In this document: one piece after another, positions 1 through 14,100 of the stretch
How positions within the stretch are numbered: position 1 is the first letter of the stretch
Layout of the letters: the number at the start of each line of letters is the position of its first letter
Origin: Ginkgo biloba
Lineage: Eukaryota; Plantae; Ginkgophyta
Direction of reading: 5' to 3'
DNA length: 32,631 nt
Assembly (NCBI GenBank): GCA_024626585.2
Contig: JANKJI020000004.1
Location: forward strand, 30,126,112-30,158,742
Notes under the pieces: model-generated
What the model was told of the DNA's origin: nothing
Seen by the model: the letters and a program-made list of their open reading frames with translations, nothing else
Database searches by the model: none
Program-made: the position numbers and the translations under genes

Positions 1-419
1 GTATAATTATTTAGTCAATTCTAGGGCCTCCACCAATGTGATGCCCCTGGGCATGTGAAAAAAATTGAGATTATCCCCCATGAAGTCTGACAAAAGGATC
101 ATCCAACTAGATAAATCTGAGATAAAACTAATAGCATAACTATTAAATGTCCCCATGTAAATATCATCGGAGCCCAAGGTTCAGCACTTCATGGATATTT
201 AGGTCATTGACATTCTAGATAAGTATGGTATACTCCTAAGTAAGGACTGGTCTAAGTCTCTAAATGGGTACATAGCCACTCACTTCTCACATATGTGGTT
301 TCTAGAGAGGGGTAGCAAACCATATAAGAGTGGATAGAGAACCTCAGATGATGCACCTAGTCACTGAATATAATGAAAAAAAAGAGTGCATCAACTACAC
401 CTTGACTGAGATTAGAATG

Positions 420-1370
420 TACACCCTGACCACCTGAACAACCAATGATGAGAGAAGCCAAATGAGGGTAGACCCCAACATATTATGGAATCTTCACATA
501 AATGGCTCTCATTCAAAGCATGGTGCAGCTGCAAGATTAGCATTGGCCAACCATGATGAATCCACTCATTCATAACGACATTTCTGTTCTTGACCCAAGA
601 GGTTTGGAGAGGGCTAGCAAGTGGCATCTTGTTGCTCCCATCCAATGCAAGAGATGCCCTTATAATTGTGAAACAGATTCACAGAAAAACGGAGCTATCA
701 TGGGCCATTGATCACACCATTATTCTCACTTTCCAAAAGACGGGTGGATGCTGGTAAAGACGAGGAGCTTCACTCTTCACAAGCACATCACTGTGGGCAT
801 GTTTGAAGAAGAAAATGTGGTTCAGTCTAGGAGGAATGATCATGTACATGTAAGAATGAATGATCAAAGATGTCCTTTTGGATCCTAGTGACCTCTCCAT
901 TGATCTAGGTGGCTCCTTCACCTACTACTAGTTATAGAAAATCTAGATTGAACAAACTGCTTGATCCCTTAAGAAGGGTGCCTCATCATTTTGCATGACT
1001 TCCTTCACCATTGTATAGCAACCCCATTTCTTATAGGCAGTAACCATAATGGACAAAAACCTTTTTTTTTGTAATCTTGTAAAATAATCAAGCAAGTTAC
1101 CTCTAAGAGGGATTTGGTGAAGAGGATATAAGTTTTTCACCTAAGATCTTCAAAAGGAGGGTATATAATGTAAACTTTTATAATTGTAAAGGGTTTCAGA
1201 TCATTTTTATAAATTGCTCAATGGAGAGTTTCTTGGTGAGGCTGACCGTTATGGAGGTTTGATGATCTTATGAAGTTGCTCAATAGAGGGTTTTGCTCCT
1301 AGAATCATTCCTCTTCTTCTCTCTTCTCCTTCCTTCATTTTGTTGGTTGTAATAGGGGATGTACCTCCCC
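420..1370 (-). mobile_element. Highly degraded LTR-retrotransposon gag/protease-like remnant
   Basis: Broken minus-strand frames give LYPLHQIPLRGNLLDYFTRLQ..FCPxxGYC and FHNMLG-like pieces reminiscent of gypsy gag/protease; many stops and frameshifts. Confidence 0.3.
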
Positions 1371-3129
1371 NNNNNNNNNNNNNNNNNNNNNNNNNNNNNN
1401 NNNNNNNNNNNNNNNNNNNNNNNNNNNNNNNNNNNNNNNNNNNNNNNNNNNNNNNNNNNNNNNNNNNNNNNNNNNNNNNNNNNNNNNNNNNNNNNNNNNN
1501 NNNNNNNNNNNNNNNNNNNNNNNNNNNNNNNNNNNNNNNNNNNNNNNNNNNNNNNNNNNNNNNNNNNNNNNNNNNNNNNNNNNNNNNNNNNNNNNNNNNN
1601 NNNNNNNNNNNNNCATATGGCATGCAATTTTGCATTAGTCAGTTTAAAGTTATCTCCCATCAACTCTGGGTTGATGCTAAACACAAGGTGCCTAGAGATT
1701 AGTGCATTTTCAAACTTTGCTCAAGGAGGTAGAGACAGAGGAACACTTTATTTTTAGTGTTTAAGCTTGTATGAGATTGGGGGGAGGTACTATTGCATCT
1801 TTAGAGATGCAGAAGAGTCCCTCTCATTTCTTATAGGGACCAACAACGTGTCACTCTCTTTCTTAGAAAGCTCTTCCTCCACAGGTGCTGCCTTCTCGAG
1901 CGCACTGCACAATGGCAAGACAGAAACCAATGCAACACCTCTTTCTTTCAACCGATGGCCTTAGTAGAAAGGCAAAAATGCCTGACGCACATATAGAGCC
2001 CCGAATGAGACATCCAACATTGCCCAGAGACCTGGACCAGCCATCATTGGCCTCAACCACAAACTCATAGGAGACCCAAACATATCAGCAGAGGTGCTTC
2101 TAAAACTGAGAGAGTCAGATATTGAGCTGGGAAAGATGGGGTCATCACTAGGTTCTTTTTACTAGACAGAGGAGCTTCGACCTTGGAGGCTAGGAGAGAG
2201 ATGGATCAAGCAATTGAGGGGGGCAGACAGATGATACAAATTCGAGAGCCATCCCCGACTAGACCACAGCGGAGATCATTAAATAGGCCTGGGCGATTTT
2301 GTTATTATGGATGGCCCAAAAGGGACCCCCCTCTAGAAGAGCCCTCACACTCCCTTTGGCTGTACCTTTTAGTTATCACTTGTTGCTCTTTCGTTATTTA
2401 GAGTCTTCTTAGTAGATTTCTCTTTTAGATCTCAGCTTTAGTGCTGGAGATGCCAGAAGCATTATTATAGTCGCATTAACTGCTTTTGGTCATTTGTGGA
2501 CATTAATATACTTTCTTTCTTTCCTTATGAACCTAAAGATTTACCCTAATAGCATACCCATCAAAGATGAATAAAATGTGGTTAAATACCAAAATTTCTG
2601 TTTATGAATTCCTAACCCTGGTATACAGTATGTGTATGAAAGCAACAGATGCGACTGATTAAATGGGACTCTTGAAACTGCAACCTGAGACCATAGGACT
2701 TGACAGGTTGAATTACCAGCATGGGAGTGCTTTTACAAATCATTTTTATTGACTTCAAAATTTCATGATAATTCATCTTACACGAGATAGGAGCATTGTG
2801 AGATGGACTGGGTTTAATGCATGGTAAATGTCTGTTTAAAGGATGGCACAACATATTATGCCATCCATCTATACATCATTATTTACCTAGCAAAATATTA
2901 ACAAATTTCTACCACATTCCATATATCTACATACAGAATTTGCATGGAATGCTGCAGATGTGAGTAATTACTGTCATCTTGAAAACCTAAGTCAATCCTA
3001 GAAGTTAAATTTATAAAGGTAGGATCTGGCTGCTGCTGCAAAAGAGTAAGGAAAATTTTTACTAAGGAACAGTGATGCAACAGAGTCTCACAAGGATTAT
3101 ACGTGTGTACAATCTATTTCACTCACTGT

Positions 3130-4700
3130 GCCATGGTTCTTACTCTTGTAATGCCTTCTCTTATACATCACAAATTTATTTCCTAAAAGTACCTTGCCCA
3201 ACTAAAATATTACTAGCTTGTAGCAATCAAGATAGAGTGTCTACAACTACATTTTTCTTTTCCAATTTATAAATCATATTGGGCTTAGATTCTTCAAATA
3301 CCATAGCCCATATATATTATCTAGATACTAATTTAAATTTGGGTGGAAAGGATTACAAAGGTTTATGATCAATTACAACACTCAAAATCATTAATTTTTA
3401 AGTAATGCTTCCAAATTTTAATTGTATGAATTATTGCCAAAAGTTCTTGATCATAAATGGGATACCTTTGTTCAATTTCATTCATTTTTCTACTCTCATA
3501 AGCCATAACCTTACCACATTTAGTGAGAACTACTATAATAGCAATATTGTTGGCATTGGTATAAATGGTGAATGGTTTGGTTTGACTAGATATAATTNNN
3601 NNNNNNNNNNNNNNNNNNNNNNNNNNNNNNNNNNNNNNNNNNNNNNNNNNNNNNNNNNNNNNNNNNNNNNNNNNNNNNNNNNNNNNNNNNNNNNNNNAGT
3701 TTCTTCATGAACCATAAAAACATTTCATAACTCTAATACATTACATAAAAGCTAGAACAATAGTAGAAACTAAAGTTATTAAGGATTGGAATTAGATATT
3801 CATCAAATATGCTTAATAAAAAAAAATGATAGATAAAATTAAGGCATGCCTTCCATATGCTTGAATAGACCCAACAAATCCCTCTTTAGAATAGACAATA
3901 TAGTGCCATAGAATGTCTACTTTAAAGAAAACAAAAATAAACACCTCCTATCATTCATAATCCAAATGAGGCTTTGAAGTACACATTTATATCCACAAAA
4001 AAAACTTATCAAGGCCCTAACCCATTCTTTTAAAAGTTACACTTGTCAACGAGTTGATCGAACATCCCAAAGTCCAAAGGTGAAAAAACTTTACATAATA
4101 AAAATTATTTCAATGCTACAAATTTCAAATGGTCATAACTATCACCTCCCATCCCATAGAGCCTACAACCACTTGTTTTCAGGAGAATAATAAACCATGC
4201 CTCTCATATATAGAAATAATATCCTCGTATGATATAAAATTTTAGATAACTCCCATACATAGAAATGCCTTGATACATAGAGTTAATGAACCAACAGAGT
4301 ATCTAAGATTGTCTTAATACAATTCTATCTGTTAAAGGATTGATAGATTCCATTACNNNNNNNNNNNNNNNNNNNNNNNNNNNNNNNNNNNNNNNNNNNN
4401 NNNNNNNNNNNNNNNNNNNNAAATAGATTTTTGCAAAAGGACTAATATAAAAAAAAAATCCATGATTATTCAAATAGTGTTGAAAAACACATGGAGGGCT
4501 CTCCACATTTCTTCACAATCGTATATTCTTCTGTTGTGAATGATAATGCACCAACTAGTTCCTTCAAATCTTGTATTTCTTCTTCCAAGAATCCTTGAAT
4601 ATTTTCTGACTTAATAATCATATGTTTTTCTTTCTAAGATCATTCAAATACATATCTAGTGACTAAGCCATATGATAGTGGATTAATTTCCACCACAATG
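3130..4700 (-). mobile_element. Ty3/gypsy pol remnant (RT-RNase H), decayed
   Basis: Minus-strand EIEQRYPIYDQELLAIIHTIKIWKHYL (~3400-3480) matches the gypsy RNase H motif (ERNYPxYDxELLAIV..L..WRHYL); degenerate RT motifs at ~3950-4140. Confidence 0.75.
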
Positions 4701-5041
4701 GGAATTTTAAATGATAAGGTCAACAGATTGATCAAGGACTTGGGAACTATAAACTTGTCTAAGCTAGGGGCCTAGATGAACCACTGTTGAGTGCAGCAAG
4801 TCTCCAGTATGGAGAGGGCTGTGTTGAAGACATGAAAACAGAGAGCTCGTGTAGACTAGGTAAGATGATCAAACCATTTTGGATAGGTAATTTGAACCAT
4901 ACTCTTATGTGGACGTGAACAGCAAGCCTTCTTGAGTTCCTCAACATGTGGATTATTCAGTAATTGACTTGCAAATTGAGAAAGGTCAATGGGTGAATGT
5001 ATAATTTTAACTTGTCCCAAAGTTTGTAATCTTGCACTTAC

Positions 5042-5181
5042 TTGTCACAAAGCTGGTAATTCTTGCACTTATTGCAAACCCAGCGTTTTCCAGACAAGAT
5101 GAAAAGGCGACAATGAGTGCATGTATGATGCATGTGAACAATAATGAAATCTTCTTTCATTGCATAAGAAGACTCCCCTAG
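5042..5181 (-). CDS. HAC1: HAC1-like exon ([47 protein letters not shown]), N-terminal part of the ZZ zinc finger embedded in plant HAT domains
   Basis: Acceptor catggcag|CTA, donor AA|gtaagt; 140 nt; MKEDF and CxxC...WxCxxC...LCD ZZ motifs. Confidence 0.93.
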
Positions 5182-8100
5182 CTGCCATGCCCATCAAGTG
5201 AAAAGTGATCAGAAGTGCAGGTCCAACTAATTCATAATCATTGATGCAATAAAGAGGCAGAAAGTTTTGTCTGCTAAAGAATGAATAATATTCCATAATA
5301 TTAACAAACAAACAAAATGAGTAGAAATCTACTTTTTGCATGAGAAGAGCATCCTTTGAGGAATTGCTTGCAAATTCAGCTTGAGGAGCAGGTTTCTTTA
5401 TTGCACTTCTTTTGGTTTTCCATTTCTTTTGTTGTGGTTGAAGTTGCATTATCACATCCTCAATAGCACCAGGCCAGTAATCACCATCAAAGTATGGCAA
5501 GCGAGCTGCTGTGACCTTGGCCTTGCATTCACCAGTACACATGAAAAAGTAGTCATAGAAATTTGTAACATCCAAAACAATGTCCTCCTTGATGGCCTTA
5601 GATAGCATTGTAAGATACCTGCCACAATAATGCAATCCAGTCAGCCTGCCCATTCTTTTCACAGGCACAAAAGGAACACACCTTGCTCAAGACCTTATGG
5701 CAACTTTTATAATGAGTCAACATGTCATTCAGACCTAGGATGGCAGTTATAATACATACATATGTAAGCATTCCACATCCAACACAGGAGAAGGCTACAC
5801 CACATGGAATGGCATACACACTTGGACCTTCATACCACACCTGAATATTGGTTTACAATGTAGTGCATTCTGATCATACTCATTGAGACAAAATCAACTC
5901 ATCAGGATTATAACATGTAAAGCCCCCAACCAAGAGGTTTAATGGATAAGAAAGCAATTAACTTAGATGACTAATGTAGTATAGGATTACCTCCTACATG
6001 ATATAATATTATTGCAAATTCAACAACATTTATGCCATCAACAAGGCCTCTTGAAAATCATTTCCCATAAAAATTAGCAAAAACATGTTAATTTTTCGAA
6101 GATGGTCCAAACAATCTTTCACAGACTAGAATGCTCAGGAGCCTCAGACAAACTCTGAAGATCAGCAAGAACCAGATGGAGGGACCAACAAGTATAAACC
6201 CAAAGAGGTGGGATCCATGAACACACCTAGGGAAGTGGCAGCTTCAATGACACTGCTTTCAGCTCAGAGTTTATTGACGACTAATACGTAACTGAAGATA
6301 CAGATCTTATAGATTATGAANNNNNNNNNNNNNNNNNNNNNNNNNNNNNNNNNNNNNNNNNNNNNNNNNNNNNNNNNNNNNNNNNNNNNNNNNNNNNNNN
6401 NNNNNNNNNNNNNNNNNNNNNNNNNNNNNNNNNNNNNNNNNNNNNNNNNNNNNNNNNNNNNNGCATTTGGTTTTAGTATAATTATGGTTTTGATTACTTC
6501 ACTTCTGCTAAAGGCCATTAGTTTCATATCTGAAGGACACATCCATTCAACTAAGCTTAGGGGATTGCTTATGGAATCTGTGAAAGCCATGGTGCTCATG
6601 GAGTCTGTGTATCCTTTGGTGATCTAAACAAGGTTACATTATCACTAGAATATTGATTGGTGATTTCAGNNNNNNNNNNNNNNNNNNNNNNNNNNNNNNN
6701 NNNNNNNNNNNNNNNNNNNNNNNNNNNNNNNNNNNNNNNNNATGGATTATATGCCATGTGCCCTTCACGTATAAAGCCATGAATTTGCTCAGCCATGAAA
6801 GAGTATCATCTACTTGAAAAATTGATGAAGAGATGTTTATTGCATTGCTTCATCAAAATTCACCTGGTTCAAAAGATGAATAATCCCACTGACTGAGTTT
6901 ATACACATAAAGTTCCTTATGCTTGAATTTCTATTTTCAGAATCCGTGAATTAGAATGCATGCTTGTTTCTTAAATGAAATCCAGGGTACCTACAACATT
7001 ATGCTGAATGGATGTTTGACAAACAACAGGTTCATGCTCAAGAAGATCTTGACAGATTGCTGAAGAGGATTGAGATTTATCTACTGGTATTTTCTGTTGT
7101 CGTGCTGCATTTATCAGCTGTAAGAGATGTCGGAATCATGATGATGGCATTTCGGGATATTGCATATTGATGGTTATGATATATTGGTGTCATCTTGTAT
7201 ACCGCCCTTGCTTTTCGATATTTATTGTGGTATACTTTGAGATATAGAAAAAACATTATCCTCGGATAAATGATATCGCAAGCACATTTGAATTATTCTC
7301 AGTGTAGATTTTATATGTAGATTTTGTCGCTCAGGATTTTCAGCCATTATGGAAATGACTTTTAAAAACAAGGAAAATATTACCTATGGCGANNNNNNNN
7401 NNNNNNNNNNNNNNNNNNNNNNNNNNNNTTTGAACACACGTAAAAATTGCGCATTGATTCAAATAAGATTTAAGACCGTGTCACTCTGGCTGACTACCAC
7501 GAAAAGTCCTTAACTAAAGTTTAGGTTCTTAGATTTCGTATAAACTTAACCATTGAAAGGCTTACACAATTAAGCTTTACCAAACTAGTCACAGAAAATA
7601 CAATTATCAAACTGCTATTAAGTAGATGTAGCCTTTGAACATNNNNNNNNNNNNNNNNNNNNNNNNNNNNNNNNNNNNNNNNNNNNNTTTTTCTGAAAAG
7701 GGAGATATTATATAGATCTGAGAAAGTAGTTACATGCCTTTGTTGAATCTCTTGTTTCAATCTGACTGGAATTTGCAGGAGACAATAAAACATCATACAT
7801 ATGGACTTATAACTCAGATAATAATACTCTAACCATGCTTAAACCATGGATGCAAAAAGCCTGAATTAGGCATGATGATATCCAGCTATTGCATGCCATA
7901 ACATTAAACCAAAAACTGGCACTAGACGTGCTTTTACTGCAGTTCATATAACACCAAATTTGAACAAGCTGATGACTAAAAAGTCTACAAACCATGATAT
8001 TTATCAGAAGGAAACAGTTGTTAAGAGTTGGGCTTGGAGATTAGAGAGAATATTCCAAGGTTAGAATTTGTAAGCCTTCCAGTAGAGGTGAATGCTTGAA

Positions 8101-11100
8101 ACTTTTTCCACAAGCATTCCTACTGGAATTTCATTCATTTGTGTTGGCACTTTTCCTTCCCAGGAATGCCAATCTTCTGATGTGATCTAATGGCTTGTTT
8201 GATTGACCAGGACACTAATGACTGATTCTAAGTGTTGGACAAGACTTTATGACTCTGACTGCGCTCTGCATGGTCTCTCTCGGGGTCCAAAAGCTTGCTC
8301 TATTTGCTAATTGAATGCAGAGTGACTGCGTTGGAATGAGGCAACCCCTTTTGTCCCACTTCTTTCAGAACTGCACAACTGACTGTTGCTCCTTTCTATA
8401 AAGTGATTTGCCATTTCGATTCAGTGAGTAGACTCATAGGATCCCTGGATACCATCATCAATGTGAGTCACTAATCCCTAGTGGAGGTTTGCTACTGGGA
8501 TCCTTAGAATTTCAAAGCTTGAGATTTCCTCTTTCCTTTCATATGTATCTTTAAGCCGCCAATCTCATAGTCTTTACCTACTGCTTCAGCACTCTTTATG
8601 TCAGCTTCTAATTTCAGAATCTCCTTCATGTGAGATAGATCATCCCTGGAAAAGGCTGTCAAATGTGCTTCATGCCTTCTAGAATTATATAATAGTTCTA
8701 CTTTCTGGCACATCTACTTTTGTTAACCTTGGTTGCATACATCCATTTGTTTGCTCAAGATTTATTATTTTTCCACAGTCTACGCAATGACAAAAACACA
8801 AAATTTGCTTGTGAAGCCCTTTGTTTCTAGCTTGGGCTCTGAGATTCATTTGAACTGATCATGCATTATTCCCTTTGAGTTTTGAGGACCCACGTGATTT
8901 TCTTTCTTCTAATTGTAATTCATGGAGACATCAGGGCAGAGAAAGCAATTGCTCAGCAAGCCCGCTTCCTGGTTGAGTGGGAGAATGAGAAGAGCTGATG
9001 AATTTTGTTCAACCAGAAGAGTCTTCTTGATTCAGAGACATCTTTTAAACAGTAAAGATGGCTCAGGCTGAAACTTGGGATACTAGGCAAAAGAATAGAT
9101 TCAGGGAATGAGGTGTGCGACTGCTGATGAACTTAGGAAACTAGCTATTGTTTTTAACGTTTGTGGTTTTTATAGACTTGAAGAGACATTCATAGTGCTC
9201 TAGCAGAACACCAAGAAAACAATGTGCATTTACTATTTTTGACATGAACTGGTGTTCGTCTGGATCTATTACTGCACCCAATGACTTGGAATTTTTTGTT
9301 CAATCCCGACTACAATTGTCAATGTCCAACCTCCCACAGCATATCTATTTGCAGTGAAACAAATATTGAAATATGAACCAAACACATCCAGCCCACAACA
9401 ATAGTCATGCCATCCAGAGACCTTTCTCCTTGCTCAACATTATTATAACTGATTGATTCATAGTTCCAATAATAAATATCCATTTAAAATATATTTAGGT
9501 TTCTTTCCCCAAACTCCTTTTGATATTTCATTTATAAAACTTGTTGAAGATAAGTCTATTTCACAAAGTGATGAGCAATAAAAGGCCATCCATTTTATGG
9601 AGCAAATTCAATAGATCCATAAGCAAGTGGATGAGAAACTATAAAGGGCTCAACAAAGGTATAAAGAGCAACATGATCGATATCGATTTGCTCATGACTT
9701 CAAAGAAGGAGATATGGTGTGGCTTTACCTTAGTAAGAAGAGAATATAAGATCTAAGAAAGAATATTAAGCCCATTAGGTACGATCCATTTAATATTTTA
9801 CAACAGGTGAGAGAGAATGCATTTCGACTGGATTTGTCCCCTATATGGGGATTTATTTCATGGTTAATTCAAAAAATTTGAAGTTGTTTGAGCCTTATAT
9901 GCTTGATAAAGACGGAGAGGAAGGAGTAATCTTATTATCCATAGAGGATCTTATANNNNNNNNNNNNNNNNNNNNNNNNNNNNNNNNNNNNNNNNNNNNN
10001 NNNNNNNNNNNNNNNNNNNNNNNNNNNNNNNNNNNNNNNNNNNNNNNNNNNNNNNGATTTTGATAAAGGAAATTATTGAATATAAGAGGCAGAGGCAATC
10101 ATAGAGGCTAAAGGGAAAGAAAGAATAGAGAGGTAATGATATGACCAATGCACCAGTCAAAGAAATTGATAACCACGATATCAAAATTATAGAAGATAAA
10201 GCGATTGAATAGATCGAATATGGGATAAAGTTATAACCATAGCAGGCACAACAATCTCTTACTCATATTACCTAATAATCATTATGCACAGAGCTAACAC
10301 TGATAACAAGGGATTGAAATGACCAATAGCTTATGATCAAGTACACACAATCATGGCCTAGCTTTATGCCCAAGCCTAGATCAAACAAAGAATGTATGCT
10401 ATGATAACTTATCAAATATTTAGAAGAATAGGGGTTTCTTTCATGGATTGATTGATAAAAGATAATCGGGGATAAAGAATTGATCCTGCCCAGGCTCACC
10501 ACGATGTAGGGAATGGAAGAGAATTGCTCCAATAGTTAGTTACTATAGGGACAAAGCAATACCGGTTAGATAAAATATCATAGGGTGGGGGGGTTAGCAT
10601 TAGTGTTGATGGGTTCCGTGGGTTTCAATATAGGGCTGGGAAGGGTTGGCCTTTGTCTCCTTCTCAGATCTGGCTCTCAAGCTTCCACCTATGGAGGAAT
10701 GCACGAGGTCTCAAAAAGTGCCAGGCAGGGTAGAACACAATTCTGCCTTCTGTAATTACTGATTGCCCACAAAACCACATTTAAATTCCCAAAGCACAGT
10801 TATTACTACCAGGAGAGCAATTCAGTACTCGCAAAAGGAGAGCAGGCACCCAATATCCCACCACTGTCCTTATCTCTTCAATGACGTTCTCCAGTCAACC
10901 TCTCGTGTCATCCTCTTCCTCATGCGAATTAAAAATACACAGAATAGCATGAAACAATAATAGCCTCCGTTGTTATCCCATCTCTATCAGTCAATGCATC
11001 AAAACCTTCATAACTTGGAAACCGATTCAAGTGAGAATTGCTCCCTGTCTTGGCATTAAGGATTTGAATACAACAGTTTGCACTACCTTGCTTTATTAAA

Positions 11101-14100
11101 AAAATAAGTTGAATGTTAAGGATGCTTGTGATAATCCACCATTCTAAATCAATTGGATTTTCTGAGTTGTTTGCTATATTTAATGCAAGTACCCATGCAA
11201 AGGACATGTTTGTGTATTCCAAACTACTGGCCTAAGCCTTTGCCTTTATTCTTGGCTCCTCTATTGCTAGAAGAATTGGCAAGATCCTTTGCTTCTTTAA
11301 TCATCTTCAAACTATTTGAAACTATTTTGTCAGACAATGATGAGATTTGAATTGGGCTTGAGTTACCCTTCTTGTCTGCAAAAACTTGACTAGAGNNNNN
11401 NNNNNNNNNNNNNNNNNNNNNNNNNNNNNNNNNNNNNNNNNNNNNNNNNNNNNNNNNNNNNNNNNNNNNNNNNNNNNNNNNNNNNNNNNNNNNNNGTGTT
11501 ACTGAAGCATCCCAAGGACAATTCAACTCCAATTTTCTTTCACTTCCCTATAACAGATTGAAATTTATGATTGTATAAAAATTTCAAAGAATTTTGAAAG
11601 AAAAATAGGTGAAATTACCTCTAATTCATTCTCCATTGGTAGAAACCATAAATTAGGCTCCAAAATATGCATTATCTTCTAGAAGTGATTACAGAGTCAT
11701 ATGGTGGCCAATTTTGATGCTCCATATATGATTTTGGGGTAGAGAAATTTATACTTTCCAAATCTGCAAATTTTTTTTGATGGTTTGGGAGTTTGTTGTT
11801 GGAAATGTTGCATTTATAGTTGCACACCTCAAGAAGAGCTCAAAACCCTAGTTAAACTTGCATTGAGCTTTGTTGGGGCATACAGAATGCAAGTCAACTC
11901 AAACTTCTTTCCACCTATGTGCCTTGATGTTTTCTTTAAGGATTTGCAAAAAACATTCCACAAAATCTTTTGAATTTCACCAAAACTCACTTTCGCAAAA
12001 CGTTTCTAAAATGACTCAAAAAGAGAATTGAAATTCAAGACAACTTCAACTGCACTGTCTAGGAGCTTTTGAACTCGAAATCCAATGCTTTCTTTCAACT
12101 ATGTATCTCGATCTTATCTTTTTAAATCTGAAAAAAAAAGTTACAAAATTTTAGTTTGTAGCCATGGATAGACGGATTTAAGTCACACTTCAACAAGAAC
12201 ATGGAACTTATGTGATACTACTTGTTGGTAAACCTTTAGGGTTTCACTACTCAAATTAATCACAAATTAATATAAATTCACAACTTAAAATAGCATACAC
12301 ATAAGTCATACATTGTGCAATAAGATATACATGCCTTGGAAGCCAATAGATCACAATATGGTCACTATAGAAGATCACAAGGGACTCACTCATAAGAAGA
12401 TCATAAGGGACTCAATGAGTCTGAAAGTTCACAAAGAGGCACTCCAGAGTAAAAAACGAGCTATAACTCTACAAAGATTCCAAAGTCACAATCATGATTA
12501 CAATGAGGCTTGAGTGCCCTTTTATGCTCACAATCATGATTACAAGTGAGGCCAAGTGCCTCTACATAGACATTAGCACACCTTTATAGAATACTACAGC
12601 AGTTATCCTTATAAACATGAGCCACCATTTAGCCATACACAATTATCACAATTACCCACGACCATATGGATATATTGGGGTATACAACAATCATGAGGAC
12701 TTATGAATGATTTGCTTCTAATGATGTGTTTCTTGAAGCTAAGAGTCATGATTTATTTAGTTTTAGAGCTCCATAAGTAGTGAATTGGATTAGTTAGATG
12801 TAGTGGAAGAATGCCCAAAATAGTTCCTATTATCATTATCATTCAATGAGAGTCTAGATAGTGTTGGCACCATNNNNNNNNNNNNNNNNNNNNNNNNNNN
12901 NNNNNNNNNNNNNNNNNNNNNNNNNNGATGAAATCAACAAGTTTCCCATCTAGCTTCTAAACAAACTCCTATTGTGTGGCCTCAACAAACTCTACCAAGC
13001 TAAGCTTTGAGGTGAAGATTTCTTCCTAGGGGATGATGTTAGAAATAAATATTAGCTAGCTTCAAGTTTCAACACCAACTACAATAAAACATTGATGTTG
13101 GCCAACTGCACTCCTTAATGATGTCAACAATCAAAATTGGTGGGTGTCAACATGATTGACGGAGGATTGCCAAGAATAATTCCATCCNNNNNNNNNNNNN
13201 NNNNNNNNNNNNNNNNNNNNNNNNNNNNNNNNNNNNNNNNNNNNNNNNNNNNNNNNNNNNNNNNNNNNNNNNNNNNNNNNNNNNNNNNNNNNNNNNNNNN
13301 NNNNNNNNNNNNNNNNNNNNNNNNNNNNNNNNNNNNNNNNNNNNNNNNNNNNNNNNNNNNNNNNNNNNNNNNNNNNNNNNNNNNNNNNNNNNNNNNNNNN
13401 NNNNNNNNNNNNNNNNNNNNNNNNNNNNNNNNNNNNNNNNNNNNNNNNNNNNNNNNNNNNNNNNNNNNNNNNNNNNNNNNNNNNNNNNNNNNNNNNNNNN
13501 NNNNNNNNNNNNNNNNNNNNNNNNNNNNNNNNNNNNNNNNNNNNNNNNNNNNNNNNNNNNNNNNNNNNNNNNNNNNNNNNNNNNNNNNNNNNNNNNNNNN
13601 NNNNNNNNNNNNNNNNNNNNNNNNNNNNNNNNNNNNNNNNNNNNNNNNNNNNNNNNNNNNNNNNNNNNNNNNNNNNNNNNNNNNNNNNNNNNNNNNNNNN
13701 NNNNNNNNNNNNNNNNNNNNNNNNNNNNNNNNNNNNNNNNNNNNNNNNNNNNNNNNNNNNNNNNNNNNNNNNNNNNNNNNNNNNNNNNNNNNNNNNNNNN
13801 NNNNNNNNNNNNNNNNNNNNNNNNNNNNNNNNNNNNNNNNNNNNNNNNNNNNNNNNNNNNNNNNNNNNNNNNNNNNNNNNNNNNNNNNNNNNNNNNNNNN
13901 NNNNNNNNNNNNNNNNNNNNNNNNNNNNNNNNNNNNNNNNNNNNNNNNNNNNNNNNNNNNNNNNNNNNNNNNNNNNNNNNNNNNNNNNNNNNNNNNNNNN
14001 NNNNNNNNNNNNNNNNNNNNNNNNNNNNNNNNNNNNNNNNNNNNNNNNNNNNNNNNNNNNNNNNNNNNNNNNNNNNNNNNNNNNNNNNNNNNNNNNNNNN

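Noticed and set aside
2898-3080. HLQHSMQILY resembling the HAC motif RAKHSSMMVLY
   Set aside because: Too weak, flanking conserved residues absent, and not in the frame set by the phase-2 donor.
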